DNA of 64,000 nucleotides from Candidatus Helarchaeota ASGARD archaeon Hel_GB_B (GTDB taxonomy: Archaea > Asgardarchaeota > Lokiarchaeia > Helarchaeales > HEL-GB-B), in assembly GCA_005191425.1 (NCBI GenBank), contig SUPR01000001.1, positions 5,762 to 69,761 of the forward strand, given 5' to 3'. Position 1 is the first letter of the stretch. Every line of letters begins with the position of its first letter. Shown piece after piece: positions 59,733-64,000 of the stretch. Position numbers and translations under genes: made by a program. The notes under the pieces are model-generated. The model was not told where the DNA came from. It did no database searches and was given only the letters and a program-made list of their open reading frames with translations.

Positions 59733-60650
59733 TTGAAGATTGGTGTTATGGGCGCCGGAGCAATTGGAAGTTTATTTGGTGGCTATTTAAAAAAGTCAGG
59801 GCAAGATGTTATCCTAATAGGAAAAGAATGGAACGTAAAACCCATTAAAGAACATGGACTGGAGCTTGTTCCTTTTAATTCTGAGGATACTCTGAACATA
59901 AAAATAGAAGCAACAACTGACCCTGCTACGTGTGGATTCCAAGATTTGGTAATTTTAACAGTAAAAGCTTATGACACAAAATCAGCGCTAATTGATGCAG
60001 AACCAATAATAAAATCTGGACACACTCGTATTTTATGTTTACAAAATGGTTATGGTACCGAAATTATAGCATCACAATTATATGGCAAATCTTCAACATT
60101 AAGAGGTGTAACTTCACATGGAGCAGTTATTACACCCGGGCACGTAATTCACACTGGTTTAGGTGATACGTTTATTGGTCAGTTAGACCCTAACACCAAA
60201 ATTGATGATATTATAGAAATTTTCAATCAAGCTAATATAAAAACAAAATTTGTTGAAAACATCCAAGATATTATTTGGAGTAAAGTATTGGTTAATGCTT
60301 CAATAAATCCATTTGGCGCATTAACAAAATTAAGAAATGGTCAATTACTTGAAAATTCTGATATTGTAGAATGTATGAAACAAGTTATAAGGGAAGGAGT
60401 TAATGTCCTTAATTCACATGGAATAAAATTAAATATCAATAATGCAATTGAAAATGCAATTAGAGTAGCCAAAATGACTGCGTTGAATAAAAACAGTATG
60501 TTGCAAGACATTGAGAAAGGACGCCGTACAGAAATAGATTATATAAATAAAGCGATATCAGAATTAGGTAAAGAAAATGGGATAAAAACCCCTATGAATT
60601 ATTTATTAACTGCTTTGATAAAAGGATTAGAATATTCTATTAAAAATTAA
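59733..60650 (+). CDS. panE: 2-dehydropantoate 2-reductase (ketopantoate reductase)
   Basis: MKIGVMGAGAIGSLFGGYL Rossmann; ApbA/PanE length and C-terminal helical domain. Confidence 0.75.
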   Translation: MKIGVMGAGAIGSLFGGYLKKSGQDVILIGKEWNVKPIKEHGLELVPFNSEDTLNIKIEATTDPATCGFQDLVILTVKAYDTKSALIDAEPIIKSGHTRILCLQNGYGTEIIASQLYGKSSTLRGVTSHGAVITPGHVIHTGLGDTFIGQLDPNTKIDDIIEIFNQANIKTKFVENIQDIIWSKVLVNASINPFGALTKLRNGQLLENSDIVECMKQVIREGVNVLNSHGIKLNINNAIENAIRVAKMTALNKNSMLQDIEKGRRTEIDYINKAISELGKENGIKTPMNYLLTALIKGLEYSIKN

Positions 60651-60663
60651 ATGGTTTAATAAA

Positions 60664-61866
60664 ATGCAAGAATTTGGAGTACCTGAAAAAGAAATTATTT
60701 TAAGACTAACAAAACTATTAAAAGACGATAAAAAATATGACTCAGGAAGAATTCTTGGGTCTATGTGTACAAAACCACTTACTATTGCAATAAAAATTTA
60801 CCAAGATTTTTTCGATAAAAACTTAGGAGACCCCGGATTATTTCCTGCAACATGGGCTATTGAACGCGATGTTATACGTATGATGAGTACTTTATTAAAT
60901 AATCCAAACGGTGTCGGTTACTGCTGCTCGGGTGGTACTGAGGCAAACCTTATTGCAATGAGAATGGCAAGAAATTCTCATGATATTAAACATCCAGAAA
61001 TTATTGTCCCTCTTTCAGCTCATGCTTCATTTGATAAAGCAGCTGATTTAATGAATTTAGACATAATTAAAGTACCTTTAAATGAAAATTATCAAGTTGA
61101 CGTTGAAGGCGTGAGAGCTGCTATTTCAAAAAATACCGTTGCGATTGTTGGAATTGCTGGGACTACATCATTAGGTGTCATTGACCCAATCAAAGAATTA
61201 AATGAAATTGCTATAGAAAATGACATATATTTTCACGTGGACGCGGCATTTGGTGGACTTGTTTTGCCATTTTTAAAACGACTTGGATATAATATCCCTA
61301 AATTTGACTTTACTCTTGATGGTGTTAAATCAATTACAGCAGACCCACATAAAATGGGAATGTCTCCGATAGGTACTGGTGGTATAATTTTTAGAGATGC
61401 CTCAATTGTTAGGTCCAATGCTTTTGAAATACCATATCTAGCTGGTGGTAATTTTAAACAGGCAACAATAATAGGAACGAGGTCTGGAGCATCAGTAATA
61501 GCAACATGGGCAATATTCAAATATTTAGGAATAGATGGCTACTCAAAAATAGTTAAAAAATGTATGAATCTTACACATATCCTTTCAAAAGGAATTAAAC
61601 AAATTGATGGCGTATCTCCAGTGATAGACCCAATTATTAATATAGTGGGCTTTGAGTCTGACCGCTACAATATACATACTATTGATAGGGAATTAAGAAA
61701 ACGGGGATGGGCTTTAGGTGCATTTCCAAATTTCTTAAGAATTGTAGTAATGCCGCATATTAGAAAATGCCATATTGATGAATTTTTATCTGACTTAGAA
61801 GATATTGTTCATCATTTAAAGGAAAAATCAAGTTATGTACAAAAAACACCCGTAAAAGCATTTTAA
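60664..61866 (+). CDS. mfnA: MfnA-type PLP-dependent decarboxylase (archaeal L-aspartate/L-tyrosine decarboxylase; likely beta-alanine supply for CoA)
   Basis: GSMCTKP, GGTEANLIAM, SITADPHKMGMSPIGTGGIIFRD (PLP-Lys). 400 aa. Confidence 0.75.
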   Translation: MQEFGVPEKEIILRLTKLLKDDKKYDSGRILGSMCTKPLTIAIKIYQDFFDKNLGDPGLFPATWAIERDVIRMMSTLLNNPNGVGYCCSGGTEANLIAMRMARNSHDIKHPEIIVPLSAHASFDKAADLMNLDIIKVPLNENYQVDVEGVRAAISKNTVAIVGIAGTTSLGVIDPIKELNEIAIENDIYFHVDAAFGGLVLPFLKRLGYNIPKFDFTLDGVKSITADPHKMGMSPIGTGGIIFRDASIVRSNAFEIPYLAGGNFKQATIIGTRSGASVIATWAIFKYLGIDGYSKIVKKCMNLTHILSKGIKQIDGVSPVIDPIINIVGFESDRYNIHTIDRELRKRGWALGAFPNFLRIVVMPHIRKCHIDEFLSDLEDIVHHLKEKSSYVQKTPVKAF

Positions 61867-62082
61867 TATCACAATTTTTTTGTCCTATTATATATTATAC
61901 TACCTATTTACTTTTTTTGATTACTCTTAATGAGTTTATTAATTTTAATATTCTAAATAATTCTTGTTTTGAATCCTAAACTCTTCTGAACATTAATTTT
62001 TTAGCATGAGTTCAAAATTTTTATAAATTTATATTTTATTTTTGATTTTATATTAGAAAATTATATTATATTTAAGGTCTTT

Positions 62083-63222
62083 ATGATGGAAAATGATTAT
62101 AAAATGGAGTTAGAAGCTCTACCATATTTTAAACAACATAAATCTTATCAAGTTTCTACACATGCCCATGATAGATTAGTTGCAAATTATGGACATTTAA
62201 AAAAGTTTTATGAACAAGGTATAAAACATAGAGATCATGTATCTATCGGCCCTGGAGAAACCTTCACATTCCCAGAAATGATTGGCCCCGGAAAAATTAA
62301 CAATATATGGTTTACAGCAATGCCTATGATAAAAGCCAAAAAAGGACAACCTATGAAAGAGCCAAAAAGTATTTTAACTTTACTTAGACGCCCTAATTTA
62401 TTAAAAAGAATAAATAAATATCATAAATTCCCATTTTTATTAAAACATCTATATATTAGAATATATTTTGATAATTCTAAAACTCCAAGTGTTGACGCCC
62501 CTTTTGGTGTCTTTTTCGGCTCGGGATTTGGAGAGTACAAACATTTTATGTCTAGATATATTGGTATGACGGCAGGTTCTTACATTTGTCAATTTCATAT
62601 GCCTTTTTGGAAAAAAGCTAAAGTAGAGATAGTTAATACATTAGAAGATAGAGGCATTTTGGCTTTTTTTGGAGCCATTACATATATGCGATATGATTCA
62701 GATAAATATCTCGAAAATCAAGGATATTTTCATGCAAAATATTATAGTGAAGAACCTACTTCTGAAAAAAAACCATATACAATTCTTGATATACCTAATG
62801 GTAAAGGACATTTTATGGGTCTAGTTTTAAATACGCAGAGTTTAAAAAGAAAAAATGGCTTTTTAAATCTAGAAGGAAATATGGAAATCTATGTTGATGG
62901 AGAAACAGAACCTTCATTGGAATATACTGGGACTGAAGATGTATTTCAAGGTGCATGGTATTATACAAAATTGAGCACAAGAAATCAATCAGAATTTTAT
63001 ACTCCGTATCATGGACTGACAGTTAAATCGTTAAATAAATGGGACACAATAATGGGATATTTACTTCAACCAAGAATACATTGTAAATCTAGTCAATATA
63101 GATTCTTTCCTGAAGGTATACCATTTAAAAAAAGCTTTAAATGTATAATTCATCATGGAGAATTTGACGAAATCCCTTGTAATTATAATTCTGTAGCTTA
63201 TTGGTATCAAAACACACCATAA
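62083..63222 (+). CDS. Hypothetical protein (possibly a DUF2961-like beta-sandwich)
   Basis: ORF of 379 aa; GTEDVFQGAWYY and IGPGKINNIWFT blocks are reminiscent of DUF2961, from memory only. Confidence 0.35.
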   Translation: MMENDYKMELEALPYFKQHKSYQVSTHAHDRLVANYGHLKKFYEQGIKHRDHVSIGPGETFTFPEMIGPGKINNIWFTAMPMIKAKKGQPMKEPKSILTLLRRPNLLKRINKYHKFPFLLKHLYIRIYFDNSKTPSVDAPFGVFFGSGFGEYKHFMSRYIGMTAGSYICQFHMPFWKKAKVEIVNTLEDRGILAFFGAITYMRYDSDKYLENQGYFHAKYYSEEPTSEKKPYTILDIPNGKGHFMGLVLNTQSLKRKNGFLNLEGNMEIYVDGETEPSLEYTGTEDVFQGAWYYTKLSTRNQSEFYTPYHGLTVKSLNKWDTIMGYLLQPRIHCKSSQYRFFPEGIPFKKSFKCIIHHGEFDEIPCNYNSVAYWYQNTP

Positions 63223-63365
63223 TTTATTTCTTTTAATGATTGTTCAATATTTAATTAAATAATCTTAATAAAAATTAAGGAAATGTAATATTTAAAAATT
63301 AAAACATAGAATAGATGTACAATTATTATTATGGTGATAATATTTCAATGGATGTGAACAAAGAA

Positions 63366-64000
63366 ATGTATAACAAGAATTTACCAAAACAAATTATGAA
63401 TTTTAAATTAAAAGACTATGTCGGAATATTAACTGGTGGTGGGCCTGCACCTGGATTAAATGCTACAATACAATCATTTGTTTATACTGCTTACGAAAAT
63501 AATATAGGGGTTTTGGGTTTTCATGATGGGTATGCAGGTATTTTAAATAAAGACTTTAGTATTTTAGTTCCAGAAGCATTAGACCCTAACAGGACTCATA
63601 TATCTTCTATAAATAATATTAACGTAATAAGCGTTACAGGTATTGTGGGACAACCTGGTTCTATCCTACGAAATTCTAGGACAAATTTAATGAAGATAGA
63701 GGGTGGAATTAAAAAGGCTAAAGAAAACCTTGATGAATTAAATATTAGAGCTTTAGCATGCTTGGGCGGTGACGATACATTATCTGTCGCAAATGAACTA
63801 AATAAAAGTGGAATAAATGTAGTAGGTGCACCAAAAACTATTGATAATGATGTACCTGGAACAGATTATTGTTTTGGATTTGATACGGCTATTAACGCAG
63901 TAGCAAACTTCATTAGAAATTTATATTGGGATGCAAAAACAACTAATGGCGTAATGGTGGTAGAAACCATGGGAAGACGTGCAGGCTGGATTGCATTGGA
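63366..64000 (+). CDS. pfkA: 6-phosphofructokinase (ATP- or PPi-dependent), 5' portion; continues beyond the window
   Basis: GILTGGGPAPGLNATIQSFV, LGGDDTLSVANEL, MVVETMGRRAGWIAL. An in-frame stop lies upstream at 63354-63356; the first ATG is at 63366 (alternative 63396). Confidence 0.75.
   Translation, partial: MYNKNLPKQIMNFKLKDYVGILTGGGPAPGLNATIQSFVYTAYENNIGVLGFHDGYAGILNKDFSILVPEALDPNRTHISSINNINVISVTGIVGQPGSILRNSRTNLMKIEGGIKKAKENLDELNIRALACLGGDDTLSVANELNKSGINVVGAPKTIDNDVPGTDYCFGFDTAINAVANFIRNLYWDAKTTNGVMVVETMGRRAGWIAL

Noticed and set aside
1684-61520. About 40 short ORFs from the six-frame track (60-160 aa) that lie inside, or antisense to, larger well-supported genes. Examples are 1684-1878, 3829-4017, 8308-8664, 15584-16069, 18559-19233, 23944-24359, 27502-27984, 33470-33790, 45898-46302, 51015-51239, 58834-59629 and 61233-61520.
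   Set aside because: They overlap strongly supported CDSs on the opposite strand or in another frame. They have low-complexity composition and carry no recognisable motifs, so they are treated as spurious.
60664-61866. The MfnA-type decarboxylase as evidence for a methanogen (methanofuran biosynthesis)
   Set aside because: No methanogenesis or methanofuran genes are present. In non-methanogenic archaea this family supplies beta-alanine for CoA, and here it sits in a CoA cluster.

Overview
The window is AT-rich and gene-dense, and reads as archaeal chromosome. Archaeal hallmarks are DNA topoisomerase VI subunits B and A, a mevalonate-pathway pair (thiolase plus an HMG-CoA synthase fused to a DUF35 domain), archaeoflavoprotein AfpA, archaeal-type CoA biosynthesis (CoaBC, a GHMP-type pantoate kinase candidate, a phosphopantothenate synthetase candidate, ketopantoate reductase, an MfnA-type decarboxylase) and an XerA-like tyrosine recombinase. 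Alongside these sit several eukaryote-like 'signature' proteins: a Rab-like small GTPase with RabF-type motifs, several roadblock/LC7 or longin-like domain proteins, a V4R (Bet3/TRAPP-like) domain protein, a gelsolin-like domain protein, and very long coiled-coil proteins. Together with the AT-richness this points to an Asgard (Lokiarchaeia-like) archaeon; that lineage call is inference from domain content only. Housekeeping content includes a nucleotide-sugar/glycosylation cluster beside a heavily sequon-decorated surface protein, aspartate kinase and homoserine dehydrogenase, a MoxR AAA plus VWA pair, CoA-transferase subunits, RNase Z, SfsA, a PrpD-family protein, a purple-acid-phosphatase-like metallophosphoesterase and a partial phosphofructokinase. 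I saw no rRNA, tRNA or CRISPR array. The strongest candidates for undescribed biology are: (1) a co-directional module at 45786-52030 encoding an Arch-ATPase/TPR protein with a degenerate P-loop, a 1123-aa wHTH plus coiled-coil giant, and a V4R plus roadblock protein, flanked by a further roadblock protein and two tandem paralogous coiled-coil proteins; (2) an orphan CARF plus PIN gene pair with no cas genes nearby; (3) a topoisomerase VI B subunit carrying a roughly 530-aa insertion with zinc ribbons and duplicated HhH-like modules; (4) an HPS-RraA-like fusion gene sitting in the pantoate/CoA cluster exactly where ketopantoate hydroxymethyltransferase would be expected.
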